Assembly (NCBI GenBank): GCA_022841915.1
Contig: JALHQN010000016.1
Span: 17,859-81,858, forward strand
DNA: 64,000 bases
Origin: Burkholderiales bacterium
GTDB taxonomy: Bacteria; Pseudomonadota; Gammaproteobacteria; Burkholderiales; WYBJ01
Direction of reading: 5' to 3'
Positions 29,645 through 39,395 of the stretch are shown in pieces (the first letter of the stretch is position 1; each line of letters opens with the position of its first letter). The notes beneath the pieces were generated by a model. It was not told the DNA's origin, did no database searches, and saw only the letters and a program-made list of their open reading frames with translations. Both the position numbers and the translations under genes were made by a program.

Positions 29645-30796
29645 TCACTCTGCCGGCCGCTCGTACCAGACGCGCCCCTCCTTGATCGTGAGTTGCGAGA
29701 TCAGCCGACGCTTCGCGGTCACGACATTGCCGTCGGTATCCTTCAGCTCGAAGCGCCCGTCGCGCAGTTCGAACACGGCGATATCTGCATTGGCGCCCGG
29801 CGCGAGCGTCCCGACCGTGCCCGCGTAGCCCATGATGCGCGCAGGCGTCGCCGTCGTCCGGCGGACGACCTCCTCCAGCGGCAAGCCGAAGTGCAGCAGC
29901 TTGGTCATGGTGGTCGGCAGATCCCACACCGGGCCGTTCATGGCCGAAGTCATGGTGAGATCGGTCGATATCGTGTCCGGCAGGAAACCTTGCTCGAGCG
30001 CCTTCTCGATCATGCTGAAATTGAAGTGACTGCGCCCGTGCGCGCAATCGAACACGATCCCCGCCCGCTGCGCCTCGACCACCTCCTTGAGCACGAACTG
30101 CTTCTCCTGACCCATGATGCCGTGGTTGCGCCCGTGATAGCAGTGGGTGACGATGTCGCCGGGCTTCATGTGCTCGATGAGGGCCGGCAGCGGCACAGGA
30201 GAATCGGTGATGTGCATCATCATGGGCACACCGCCCGCCATCTCGGCGGTGCGTCGCGCGAGCTTCACCGGCTCGGCCGAGTACTCCCAGACGAGGTTCG
30301 GCCCGAAGCGCAGCTTCACGCCGATGGCCAGATCCGGGTTCTCCTTGATCGCCTTGGCGCAGCCCTCGGGATCCGCATACGGAAAATGCGACAGCTCGCC
30401 CCCGCGCGAGATCCCGGTGATGCCGATGGCCGAGAGATTGACGAAGGCTCGCACACGCGTGCGGACGTGGTTGTCCAGCAGATCGCGCAGCCCGACGAAG
30501 TTCGCCGATCCGGCGCTGCCCGCGTCGCATAGCGTCGTCACACCTGTCGGGCGCAGGAAGGCGTCGGTGCGCATCCCCATGTCATGACCGTTGAGGAAGA
30601 CGTGCGCGTGAAGATCGACCAGACCGGGAAAGACGTAACGCCCTTTGGCGCTCACGGTGCGCAGCGCCTGCGTCGCCGGCAACGAGGGCGCCACGGCTGC
30701 GATCTTGCCGCCGACGATGCCGATGTCCATCACGCCGCGCAGGCCCGCGCCCGGATCGAGCACGTCGCCGCCGGTCACCAACAGATCGAACTTCAT
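29645..30796 (-). CDS. Amidohydrolase/deacetylase-family metallohydrolase (dihydroorotase-like)
   Basis: The N-terminal pattern LLVTGGDVLDP...GLVDLHAHVF (HxH metal site) and later His/Asp ligands are present. The protein is 383 aa. Confidence 0.8.
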   Translation of the reverse strand: MKFDLLVTGGDVLDPGAGLRGVMDIGIVGGKIAAVAPSLPATQALRTVSAKGRYVFPGLVDLHAHVFLNGHDMGMRTDAFLRPTGVTTLCDAGSAGSANFVGLRDLLDNHVRTRVRAFVNLSAIGITGISRGGELSHFPYADPEGCAKAIKENPDLAIGVKLRFGPNLVWEYSAEPVKLARRTAEMAGGVPMMMHITDSPVPLPALIEHMKPGDIVTHCYHGRNHGIMGQEKQFVLKEVVEAQRAGIVFDCAHGRSHFNFSMIEKALEQGFLPDTISTDLTMTSAMNGPVWDLPTTMTKLLHFGLPLEEVVRRTTATPARIMGYAGTVGTLAPGANADIAVFELRDGRFELKDTDGNVVTAKRRLISQLTIKEGRVWYERPAE

Positions 30797-31032
30797 GGTC
30801 GCTCCCCTCCGATGGTTGTCCGCGAACCACGATCCGTTCGCGAGTCATGTCCGGTGCTCGCGCGTGAAGCGCCGCCAGAACGGCACCGGCATCGGCCTAT
30901 TGTAGTCCGCAATACGTGTTTCAAGCGGAGGCACACCCGCTCCATCGCGGTGCACGTGCTCTCGCCCCAGCTCATTGGGCATAGAATCCGGGGCTGATAC
31001 GCGCACCGATCCACACTGGGCAGGAGGCCGCC

Positions 31033-32004
31033 TTGGCTACGACACGCATCTCCCTCATCGGCGAAGCCTACGATTGCGTCGCGCCATTGTTCGATGGCGT
31101 GATCGCACCGGCGGGCGTCGAGATCGTCGCCACCCGCGCCCCCTCCCCCGAGGCCATGCGCCGCCAACTGACGACGTGGGAGTTCGATGTCTGCGAGATG
31201 GCCTTCGGCGCCTATCTGATCGCCAAAGCCCAGGGCGCGGATGTGACTGCGATTCCTGTCTTTCCGCGCCGCGCCTTCTTCCACACGCAATTCGTCGTCC
31301 ACGCCAGTTCGGGCATTGCCCATCCCGCGGCGCTGAACGGCAAGCGGGTCGGTGTGGCCGAGTACGTCCAGTCAGCGACGCTTTGGGCGCGCGGCATGCT
31401 GGCGCACGACTTCGACGTCGACTCGCGCAGCATCGAGTGGTACGTAGAGCGCTCGGGAGCCGACAGCACCGGCACGGTACTCGGCTTCAAGCCGCCCGCC
31501 GACATCGCGATCGTGCAAACACCGGGCGGCAAGTCGGTCGCTGCCATGGTGCAAGCCGGTGAACTCGCGGCCGCTTTGGCCGGTTCGCTGTTCCAGCGGA
31601 TCGACACGCCGTTTCCGCCGGATGTCCATCCGCTGTTCGCGGATGTCGTTGCCGAGGGCAAGCGCTTCCATGCCGCCCACGGGTACGTGCCTGCCAACCA
31701 CATGTACATGATTCGGGGCTCGCTCGCCCGCGAACGCCCCGAACTGGTCGCCACCCTCTACCGCGCTTTTTGCGACGCGAGCGACCATGCTCGGGGCCAA
31801 CTGCCGGCAAACGCGACAGCAGGACAACTCTACGGCAACGCGTATCTGGTCGAAACCTGCCGATCGCTGTCCGGCGATCCGTTCGCCTACGGCATTGCGG
31901 CCAATCGCGCCATGCTGGAGCAGGTCGCCCGCCTGTGTCGGGAGCAGGGTCTCGTCAAGGCCTCGCCGCGAATCGAGGAGATGTTCGCTCCTCACCTCGA
32001 GTAG
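31033..32004 (+). CDS. Periplasmic-binding-protein-fold protein of the type usually annotated 4,5-dihydroxyphthalate decarboxylase
   Basis: TTG start 5 nt after an AGGAGG SD, with no signal peptide. The pattern GEAYDCVAPLFDGVIAPAGVEIV...EFDVCEMAFGAYL matches that family as I remember it. Confidence 0.6.
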   Translation: MATTRISLIGEAYDCVAPLFDGVIAPAGVEIVATRAPSPEAMRRQLTTWEFDVCEMAFGAYLIAKAQGADVTAIPVFPRRAFFHTQFVVHASSGIAHPAALNGKRVGVAEYVQSATLWARGMLAHDFDVDSRSIEWYVERSGADSTGTVLGFKPPADIAIVQTPGGKSVAAMVQAGELAAALAGSLFQRIDTPFPPDVHPLFADVVAEGKRFHAAHGYVPANHMYMIRGSLARERPELVATLYRAFCDASDHARGQLPANATAGQLYGNAYLVETCRSLSGDPFAYGIAANRAMLEQVARLCREQGLVKASPRIEEMFAPHLE

Positions 32005-33233
32005 GCCGTCTCTACGATCTCGGGCCCTCCCGCTATCGAGGCCCCCACTCAATCAATCGAAAGCCCGCAAGTATTCACCCCGACCGTCCAAAGCTGATCT
32101 TCTACGTTCTCGCACTGACCGCCATCAGCGGCACGGCGGCTCGCGCCGGCAACATGGTGTTGGTGCTGTACGCACTGAAGCTCGGATCTTCCGCTTTCAC
32201 CATCGGTCTCCTGGGGGCGATGTTCGCGATCCTGCCGATGCTCTTCTCCATGCCCGCGGGCAAGCTCGCCGATCGCTACGGTTCGCGGGCGCCGCTGCTC
32301 GTCTGCGCGATCGGCAGCGGCCTCGGCCTGCTCGTGCCCTGGGCGTTTCCCGGCATCGCGGCGATGTTCGTCGCTTCGGCGATGATCGGCCTTTCGCTCG
32401 CCATGGTCGTACCGCTGCAGAACTTGATGGGTCTCATCAGCACGCCGGAAACCCGCGCCCGCAACTTCGCGAACTTCAGCCTCGGGATGGGCATCGCGAA
32501 TCTGATCGGCCCGCTGATCGGGGGCTTCTTCATCGACTTGGCCGGACCGGCGAAGACCTGCCTCTATCTCGCCCTGCTCTCGGTGACCGTGGTGGCAATG
32601 CTGCTCGTGTGGGGACACCGACTGCCCAGAACGCCCGCGGAAACCGTCAAGGCCAAGGGCAGCGTGTATGCCATCCTCAAGATCGCCAACGTCCGCCGCG
32701 CGCTCGCAACCAGCAGCTTGATCAATGTCGGGCGCGATCTCTATCAGTTCTACTTTCCGGTGTATGCCTACAGCGTCGGGCTGTCCGCCTCGCTGATCGG
32801 CATCGTGCAGGCTTTCAACTTCGGCGCTGAACTCGCTGTCCGGTTCTTCCTCGCGCGCTTGCTCAAGAAGTTCAAGGAAGAACAGCTGCTCGCCTACTCC
32901 TTTTTCATCGGCGCCGGCGCCCTGGTGCTGATGCCCTTCTTCGAGAGCGCCTACATCCTCGCGCTGCTCTCGTTCATGCTCGGCATCGGCATGGGCTGCG
33001 GCCAGCCCATCATCACGATCCTGATGTACAGCTATTCGCCGGCAGGCCGCACGGGCGAGGCGCTGGGGTTGCGCATGAGCATCATTCACCTGACCAAGCT
33101 GATCGGACCGGTCCTGTTCGGCGCGATCGGCAGCGCGCTGGGATTGGCGGCGATGTTCGTCGTGAATTCCGCGGTCATGACGGCAGGCGGCTTGCTGAGC
33201 CGATCCAAGCCCAAGTCCGAGTCCGAGCCCTAA
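31935..33233 (+). CDS. MFS transporter (start uncertain)
   Basis: Multiple TM segments and MFS motif A (PAGKLADRYGSR) are present. TM1 (KLIFYVLALTAISG...) lies upstream of the first ATG (32154). The nearest canonical in-frame start is GTG 31935, which overlaps the previous gene by 70 nt. Confidence 0.6.
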   Translation: MSGAGSRQGLAANRGDVRSSPRVGRLYDLGPSRYRGPHSINRKPASIHPDRPKLIFYVLALTAISGTAARAGNMVLVLYALKLGSSAFTIGLLGAMFAILPMLFSMPAGKLADRYGSRAPLLVCAIGSGLGLLVPWAFPGIAAMFVASAMIGLSLAMVVPLQNLMGLISTPETRARNFANFSLGMGIANLIGPLIGGFFIDLAGPAKTCLYLALLSVTVVAMLLVWGHRLPRTPAETVKAKGSVYAILKIANVRRALATSSLINVGRDLYQFYFPVYAYSVGLSASLIGIVQAFNFGAELAVRFFLARLLKKFKEEQLLAYSFFIGAGALVLMPFFESAYILALLSFMLGIGMGCGQPIITILMYSYSPAGRTGEALGLRMSIIHLTKLIGPVLFGAIGSALGLAAMFVVNSAVMTAGGLLSRSKPKSESEP

Positions 33234-33254
33234 GCAGAGATCGCGCCGAAACCG

Positions 33255-34154
33255 ATGATCGACAAGGCATGCAGCTTCGTGCTCGGTGCGCGTGATCCGG
33301 AGATGCGCGAGATCGCCGAGGTGCTCGATGCACACAAGCTCGCGCACGCGTACGCGGCGAGAGGCGCGATGCCGGTGACCGCGCGCACCGCCTACGATGC
33401 CGATGGCGTGGTGCGACTTTCCCGCAGCGGCCGCGGCATACCGATGGTGCTCGCAAGCGACCGGCCCTTGGTGTTCGTCGAATGCACGATGCGTCATCGC
33501 CAGGCGCAACAACGCGTGGATCATCACAATCCCGGCGACCCCGGGTACGACATGCCGCCCGAGCGCTATCTCGAGGGCTCGTCGCTGGGCCAGATCCTGC
33601 GCCTGCTCGATCGGGAGCCGACCCCGACGCAGCACTTGCTGGCCGCCGCGGATCACTGCCTGACTGCGGCGTATCAGGGCGAGTGTCCCGGCGTGGATCC
33701 GAACGAACTGCTGTTTCTGCGGGCATCCTGGCGGGCACGCATGAGCGGGCGCACGCTCGGAGACGTCATCGAGGGCATCCTGCACGCAGCCGCCGAAGTG
33801 CAGCGCAAGTACGATTCGGCGTGCGGGGAGAGCATCTTCGCCGATCCGACCGACGTGCCGCGCGACCTGGCCGAAGGGGGCGCGTATGCCGGGCGGCCCA
33901 TCCGCTATCGCGAACTCTACCCCGGCGGCGAACTCAAGGAGATGCTCAAAGGGGCGCGGCCCGAGCACATCGAGCGCTTCATGGCCGAACACCGGGCGCT
34001 GGGTCGCGAGGTCTACGGCAATCCGCACCGCGGCTATGCCGGCACCTACCTGCCCGGCTACCTCCTTGCCGCCACGGCGCAAGCGCATGTCGGTCGGGAG
34101 CGTCTGCAGGCATCCTGCAATTGCGAACTCCGATCGACGCCACCGTGCGGCTAA
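33255..34154 (+). CDS. Hypothetical protein, unrecognised family
   Basis: 299-aa ORF with strong GC3 bias and an ATG start. I recognise no family. It contains VDHHNPGDPGY and AAADHCL motifs. Its stop overlaps the convergent gene's stop by 3 nt. Confidence 0.55.
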   Translation: MIDKACSFVLGARDPEMREIAEVLDAHKLAHAYAARGAMPVTARTAYDADGVVRLSRSGRGIPMVLASDRPLVFVECTMRHRQAQQRVDHHNPGDPGYDMPPERYLEGSSLGQILRLLDREPTPTQHLLAAADHCLTAAYQGECPGVDPNELLFLRASWRARMSGRTLGDVIEGILHAAAEVQRKYDSACGESIFADPTDVPRDLAEGGAYAGRPIRYRELYPGGELKEMLKGARPEHIERFMAEHRALGREVYGNPHRGYAGTYLPGYLLAATAQAHVGRERLQASCNCELRSTPPCG

Positions 34155-34876
34155 ACCTGCCGCAGGGCCGTCCTCGCCACGTAAACCGTGTTGGTGGCGT
34201 CCCGATGCTGCAATGGATTGGGGAAGGTGACGACATGCGCCTCGCACTGGGGGAAAACGCCGCCGAGCACGGTCATGAATTCCTCGTCCGGGGGATCGTT
34301 CGACCACAGCGCGAAGACGCCGCCCGGATGCAGATGTTCGGCGAGTTGCTTCAGTCCGTCGCCACGGTAGAGCGCAGCATGACTGGCATGCAGCACATGG
34401 CGGGGGGAATGGTCGATGTCCACCAGAATCGCATGAAAACGCCGGGTGAAGTCGCGCGAGTCGATGCCCGGCGAATCGAGCATCGCGAAGAAATCGCCGT
34501 TGACGAACTCGCAGCGCGGATCGGCACATAGGCCGGATCCCAGCGGGACGAGCCCCTGGCGGTGCCAGTCGATGACGGCCGCCAATGCATCGATCACCAG
34601 CAGAGATCTGACCGCGCGATCTTCCAGTACCGCGCGGGCCGTATAACCCAAGCCAAGACCACCGACGACGACATCGAGCGGCCCTGTGCCCGAGGCCGCA
34701 AGGCCGATCCGCGCCAAGGCGACCTCGCCTTCGGTGAACAAGCTCGACATCAAAAACTCGTCGCCGAGCTTGACCTCGTACACCTCGGTGCCGAGCGACA
34801 ACTGCGTGCGCCGACGCAGGCTCAATTCGCCGATCGGCGTCTCGCGGTAGTCGAGTTCTTCGAAATCGATGGTCAT
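34151..34876 (-). CDS. Spermidine synthase-like / class I SAM-dependent methyltransferase-fold protein
   Basis: The Rossmann glycine motif VVVGGLGLGYTA, an acidic loop (VIDALAAV) and ILVDIDHSP are present, resembling spermidine synthase-like proteins. ATG at 34876. Confidence 0.6.
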   Translation of the reverse strand: MTIDFEELDYRETPIGELSLRRRTQLSLGTEVYEVKLGDEFLMSSLFTEGEVALARIGLAASGTGPLDVVVGGLGLGYTARAVLEDRAVRSLLVIDALAAVIDWHRQGLVPLGSGLCADPRCEFVNGDFFAMLDSPGIDSRDFTRRFHAILVDIDHSPRHVLHASHAALYRGDGLKQLAEHLHPGGVFALWSNDPPDEEFMTVLGGVFPQCEAHVVTFPNPLQHRDATNTVYVARTALRQV

Positions 34877-34973
34877 GGCTGCCCTAAAAGAAGTCCTTGC
34901 TCGAAAAGTGAGCACAGCATAAACCGCGCAACGTCTGCGACGCTGCAGCGAACCGTCGTCACGCTTCGTGTTC

Positions 34974-35219
34974 TCATCGCAGCAGCAACGTCGGGATCTT
35001 GGCAGAGCGCAGCAGGTCCGTGGTCTTGCTGCCTACGAGCATGCTGCGCCAGGGCGAATGACTATACGCGCCCACGATCAGGAGATCGATGGCCAGTTCG
35101 CTGACCGTCTTGGCGATGATGTTGAAGCGAATCCCGCCAGCGGCGTGACCGCACCTGCGTCCGAATCGATCGAATCCGGTTGCTTCCGGCTCTTTCACAG
35201 ACTTTCTTGGACGCGTCAC
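34974..35219 (-). pseudogene. Universal stress protein (UspA family) C-terminal remnant
   Basis: Only the last ~55 residues look USP-like (IDLLIVGAYSHSPWRSMLVGSKTTDLLRSAKIPTLLLR). The N-terminal ~90 residues of the domain are missing. The sequence upstream drops in GC (35220-35300). Confidence 0.5.
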
Positions 35220-35506
35220 CGGCCGAGTGGGATATACTCGTGCCGAGAAACGATTGGATGATCGAATTATCTCCTGTAGCTCCCTTAATCACATCAGCAC
35301 CCGCCAGCCCGAAAAATCGAGGCGGTCGGTAGCGAAGGTCCCGCGCTGGAGCCTAGTCGACTTCAGCGCAAGGCTTGCCCCCTGATGTGATCCGCGCAAC
35401 CGAAGCTTGCCGCTTGCGGTTGACGCAGTTTCCCATGTCGTGGCCGCTTGACTTGCACCCTGGTGCGGACCGTAGTGTTTTCCAGAAAGGAACGACGGCC
35501 GGTACC

Positions 35507-37603
35507 ATGCATATCAAACACAGCTTTACCCTCGGCAGCCACACGATCACCCTGGAGACGGGCGAGATGGCTCGTCAGGCCACGGGTGCGGTGCTGCTCA
35601 CGGTCGCCGACACCGTACTCCTGGCCACCGTCGTGGCCGCCCGGGAAGCCAAGCCGGGACAAGACTTCCTTCCGCTGACGGTCAACTACGTCGAGAAGAC
35701 ATACGCGGCCGGCCGTATTCCCGGCGGCTTCTTCCGTCGCGAGGGCGCCCCCACGGAAAAGGAAACGCTCACCTCGCGCCTGATCGACCGGGCCATACGA
35801 CCGCTATTCCCCGACGGCTTCGCCAACGAGGTTCAAGTCGTCGTCCAGGTGCTCTCGGCCAATCCCGAAGTCGATCCGGATGTTCCGGCGCTCATCGCGG
35901 CCTCTGCTGCCATCGCCGTCGCCCGCCTGCCCTTTGCCGGCCCCGTCGGTGCCGTGCGCGTCGGCTATGTCGACGGATCCCATGTTCTCAACCCCGACCG
36001 CTCGGCGCAGGCCGAGAGTCAACTCGATCTGGTCGTTGCCGGAACCTCGGCAGCCGTACTGATGGTGGAGTCCGAAGCGCAGCAACTCTCCGAAGAAGTC
36101 ATGCTCGAGGGCATCGTGTTCGGCCATCGGCAGATGCAGGCGGCCATCGAGGCCATCGGGCAACTTGCCGCCCAGGCCGACAATCCGCCCTGGGAGTGGC
36201 TGGCGCCCGCGAAGGACGACGACCTGAACGCGCGAGTCGACGCACTCGCCCGTCCCGCGCTCGAAGAGGCTTATCGAATCAGCGCCAAGACCCAACGCAC
36301 CGAGGCCATTCGCGCCGCCCGTGCGCTGGCGATGGAGGGCTTGGCTGCGAGCGACGCCGCCGCGTACGCCAAGGTGGATGCCATCCTGCACGAAGTCGAG
36401 GCGCGAATCGTCAGGCAGCGCATCCTGGCCGGCGAACCGCGCATCGACGGTCGCGACACTCGCACCGTGCGCCCCTTGACCATTCGCACCGGCGTACTGC
36501 CCCGAACCCATGGCTCCGCGCTGTTCACACGAGGCGAGACGCAGGCCCTCGCCGTCGCCACGCTGGGCACCGACCGAGACCGTCAGAACATCGACGATTT
36601 GCACGGTCGCCATGCCGAACGCTTCATGCTCCACTACAACATGCCCCCCTATGCCACCGGTGAAACCGGCCGCATGGGCACACCGAAACGCCGCGAAGTC
36701 GGCCACGGCAGGCTCGCCAAGCGAGCCATCATTCCCCTGCTGCCTTCGCCCGAAGAATTCGCCTACAGCATGCGCGTGGTGTCCGAGGTGACCGAATCCA
36801 ACGGCTCCTCCTCCATGGCCTCGGTATGCAGTGCCTGCCTGGCGCTGCTCGACGCCGGTGCGCCGCTCAAGTCGCTGGCAGCCGGCATCGCCATGGGACT
36901 GATCCTGGAAGGCGACCGCTTCGCGGTACTGACCGACATTCTCGGCGACGAGGACCACCTCGGCGACATGGATTTCAAGGTGGCGGGCACCGAAGACGGC
37001 ATCACCGCCCTGCAGATGGACATCAAGACGCAAGGCATCACGGCGCAGATCATGAGCGTCGCATTGACCCAGGCGCGCGAAGCACGTCTGCACATTCTGG
37101 GCATCATGCGAGAGACGGCCGGCATGCGCCGCACCGAGTTGTCTGCCTACGCCCCGCGCATGCTCACCATGAAAATCAGCACCGATCGCATTCGCGATGT
37201 CATCGGCAAGGGCGGCGCCGTGATTCGCGCCCTGATGGAGCAGACCGGCGCGACCATCGAAGTCGCGGACGACGGCACCATCACCATCTCCTCGGCCGAC
37301 CTGAAGGAAGCCGAAGACGCCGTGCGGCGCATCAATCTGCTCACGGCGGATGTGGAAGTGGGCGGCATCTACGAAGGTGTGGTCCAGAAGATTCTGGATT
37401 TCGGCGCATTCGTCACCATTCTGCCCGGCCGCGATGGACTGCTGCATGTCTCGCAGATCTCCGACGTGCGTATCGATCTCGTGGCCGATCACCTCAAGGT
37501 GGGCCAAGTCATCCGCGTCAAGGTTCTGGAAACCGACGACCGAGGACGCATACGCCTGTCGATGAAAGCTATCGTCGATGAGACGCAAGGCGAGAAGGCG
37601 TGA
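35507..37603 (+). CDS. pnp: Polyribonucleotide nucleotidyltransferase (PNPase)
   Basis: Full architecture: two RNase PH domains ([32 protein letters not shown]), a KH domain (IGKGGAVIR) and an S1 domain ([18 protein letters not shown]). The true start is MHIKHSF at 35507 rather than the upstream ORF start. Confidence 0.95.
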   Translation: MHIKHSFTLGSHTITLETGEMARQATGAVLLTVADTVLLATVVAAREAKPGQDFLPLTVNYVEKTYAAGRIPGGFFRREGAPTEKETLTSRLIDRAIRPLFPDGFANEVQVVVQVLSANPEVDPDVPALIAASAAIAVARLPFAGPVGAVRVGYVDGSHVLNPDRSAQAESQLDLVVAGTSAAVLMVESEAQQLSEEVMLEGIVFGHRQMQAAIEAIGQLAAQADNPPWEWLAPAKDDDLNARVDALARPALEEAYRISAKTQRTEAIRAARALAMEGLAASDAAAYAKVDAILHEVEARIVRQRILAGEPRIDGRDTRTVRPLTIRTGVLPRTHGSALFTRGETQALAVATLGTDRDRQNIDDLHGRHAERFMLHYNMPPYATGETGRMGTPKRREVGHGRLAKRAIIPLLPSPEEFAYSMRVVSEVTESNGSSSMASVCSACLALLDAGAPLKSLAAGIAMGLILEGDRFAVLTDILGDEDHLGDMDFKVAGTEDGITALQMDIKTQGITAQIMSVALTQAREARLHILGIMRETAGMRRTELSAYAPRMLTMKISTDRIRDVIGKGGAVIRALMEQTGATIEVADDGTITISSADLKEAEDAVRRINLLTADVEVGGIYEGVVQKILDFGAFVTILPGRDGLLHVSQISDVRIDLVADHLKVGQVIRVKVLETDDRGRIRLSMKAIVDETQGEKA

Positions 37604-37639
37604 GCACAGCGATGGCAATCGATCTCGAACAGGCTCAGG

Positions 37640-37668
37640 CCGGCCTCTCGCATAACGGCCGGAATTTT
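37640..37668 (+). terminator. Hairpin plus U-tract between pnp and the DksA/TraR gene (terminator or attenuator candidate)
   Basis: CCGGCC (37640-37645) pairs with GGCCGG (37657-37662) around an 11-nt loop, followed by AATTTT. Confidence 0.35.
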
Positions 37669-37679
37669 CGGGAGGGACG

Positions 37680-38030
37680 ATGACGATCGACCTTGAGCGT
37701 TTCCACCGTCAGCTCGCTGACGAACTGGTGCAACTCCAAGAGGCGCTGATGCAGGCGAGCGCCCCGCAAACCGAGTTGCCGGCCGATCCGTCGAGCGGCA
37801 CAGAGCTGGCGCAAATGGATGCACTCAAGCAGCAAGCCATAGCCAAGGCGATCCGCGAACGGTTGCCGACCCGCAAACGAGCGCTCCAGGCTGCCTTTGC
37901 CCGCATCGGGGCGGGTACCTTCGGTCGGTGCTGTCAGTGCGACTCGGCACTGGAACTCGAGCGGCTCGAGGGCGATGTCGCAGCCGTCTTTTGCCTCGAC
38001 TGCGTCATCGAAAGAGACGCCCAGAAGTAG
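37680..38030 (+). CDS. DksA/TraR-family C4-type zinc-finger protein
   Basis: The C-terminal CxxC-N17-CxxC zinc finger (CCQCDSALELERLEGDVAAVFCLDC) follows a coiled-coil region. A GGGAGGGA SD precedes the start. Confidence 0.8.
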   Translation: MTIDLERFHRQLADELVQLQEALMQASAPQTELPADPSSGTELAQMDALKQQAIAKAIRERLPTRKRALQAAFARIGAGTFGRCCQCDSALELERLEGDVAAVFCLDCVIERDAQK

Positions 38031-38194
38031 TCGATCGGCAACGCATGCGACCACAGGAAAGAGGCCGGGCCGCTGGCGACACGCGGCCAGCCTCGCCCTC
38101 TGCGTCGAGTGCGCCGACGACGCGAATCTCCGAACGGACGCTGCCGTCTTGGCGCTGAGCCAGCCGCCGACGCGAAGCGCCTAGACGATCCGGA

Positions 38195-38953
38195 TCAGCG
38201 CCCGGTCCAGCGCGGCTTGCGCTTCTCGCGAAAGGCGCGCGGTCCTTCCTTGGCATCCTCGCTCGCGTAAACGGGCTTGAAGATCTGCTTGGCGACTTCG
38301 GTCGCAGCGCTCGCCCCCATGTTGGTGGCATGCATCACCAATTCGCGTGCACCAGCCACCGACAACGGGGCGCACTCGATGATCTCCTGTGCCAGCGCCT
38401 CGGCCTCGCGCATCAAGTCCGCTTGCGGAACGACACGGTTCACGAAGCCGATTTCGTAGGCGCGCCGGGCATCGATGGTCTTTCCGGTCAGGAGCAACTC
38501 CATCGCCACCCGGCTTCCGAGCATGGCAACCAGAGGGGCGGCGAACCACATGCCGCGCCCGACTTTGCCTTCGGTGATTGCAAACTTCGCCGTATCGGCG
38601 GCCACGCACAGATCGCACATCTGAGCCAGCAGCCAGCCGCCTGCGAAGGCGTAGCCGTTCACGGCCGCGATCACCGGCTTGGAGAGCTTCATGTTGTCGC
38701 CCAGATTCGGCAGTTGCGGCTTGGCGAGCGCGCCGCCATCCACCGCTTCCTTGAGATCCATGCCGGAACAAAACGCCTTGTCGCCAGCGCCGGTGAGGAT
38801 CGCCACGCGCAGCGCCGGATCATCGTCGAAGCGCTCGAAGGCTTCCCGCAAGCCGACACGTACCGCCAGATTGATCGCATTACGGCTCTCGGGCCGATTG
38901 ATCGTGATGATCGCGAGCGGGCCGCGCACTTCGTACAACAGATCTTGGGTCAT
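38195..38953 (-). CDS. Enoyl-CoA hydratase/isomerase (crotonase) family protein
   Basis: ATG 38953 follows a GGAGACCAGGA SD. The sequences ITINRPESRNAI and GAGDKAFCSGMDLKE and the second oxyanion region AAVNGYAFAGG are present. Confidence 0.9.
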   Translation of the reverse strand: MTQDLLYEVRGPLAIITINRPESRNAINLAVRVGLREAFERFDDDPALRVAILTGAGDKAFCSGMDLKEAVDGGALAKPQLPNLGDNMKLSKPVIAAVNGYAFAGGWLLAQMCDLCVAADTAKFAITEGKVGRGMWFAAPLVAMLGSRVAMELLLTGKTIDARRAYEIGFVNRVVPQADLMREAEALAQEIIECAPLSVAGARELVMHATNMGASAATEVAKQIFKPVYASEDAKEGPRAFREKRKPRWTGR

Positions 38954-39296
38954 TCCTGGTCTCCGCGAGTAGTGAGTCCGGGGCGACGCTGTCGCTCCCC
39001 GGCGCAGCGATTCGCCCAAGACGCTTGTTATACAACACCGGCTCGCCGACGGCAGCCGCCGCGCAGTGGCGTCGCGCCTCGACATCCCGAACGCTCGATA
39101 TCGGCCTTGCATCGGCAACCCGAGGCTCGTGGGTCAAAACACCATGGCAGCGAGCCTCGATTCGTTCTCCTGCGCGGCACGAGACGCCTTGGTCGATGCG
39201 CAAAGCGTTCGAAGCCTCGCACTGAATCGACCGGGCTCAGAGGAATGCGACCAGCACAGCGCCGAAGCACTCGCGGTCGAACGCCGCTGCGAAGAC

Positions 39297-39369
39297 TGGA
39301 GGCGGGGGATGGATTTGAACCACCCTACGTGGCTTTGCAGGCCACGGCATAACACTCTGCCACCCCGCC
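39297..39369 (-). tRNA. tRNA-Cys (anticodon GCA)
   Basis: The minus strand reads GGCGGGGTGGCAGAGTGTTATGCCGTGGCCTGCAAAGCCACGTAGGGTGGTTCAAATCCATCCCCCGCCTCCA. It has a 7-bp acceptor stem GGCGGGG/CCCCGCC and an anticodon stem GTGGC/GCCAC with loop CTGCAAA. The T-loop TTCAAAT, discriminator U and encoded CCA are present. Length is 73 nt. Confidence 0.9.
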
Positions 39370-39395
39370 CTTGTTCGAAATCTCTGTTTGCTCGC

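Noticed and set aside
39297-39369. Whether this tRNA could be tRNA-Sec (selC), given the nearby UGA-containing gene.
   Set aside because: It is 73 nt long with a normal short variable arm, a 7-bp acceptor stem and anticodon GCA. That is an ordinary tRNA-Cys, not the ~95-nt UCA-anticodon tRNA-Sec.
35220-39369. A genomic island integrated at tRNA-Cys (pnp, dksA-like and crotonase genes bounded by the USP remnant).
   Set aside because: There is no integrase, no phage or conjugation genes, and I could not find a direct repeat of the tRNA 3' end near 35.2 kb. Only the rpsO-less pnp oddity is kept as a finding.
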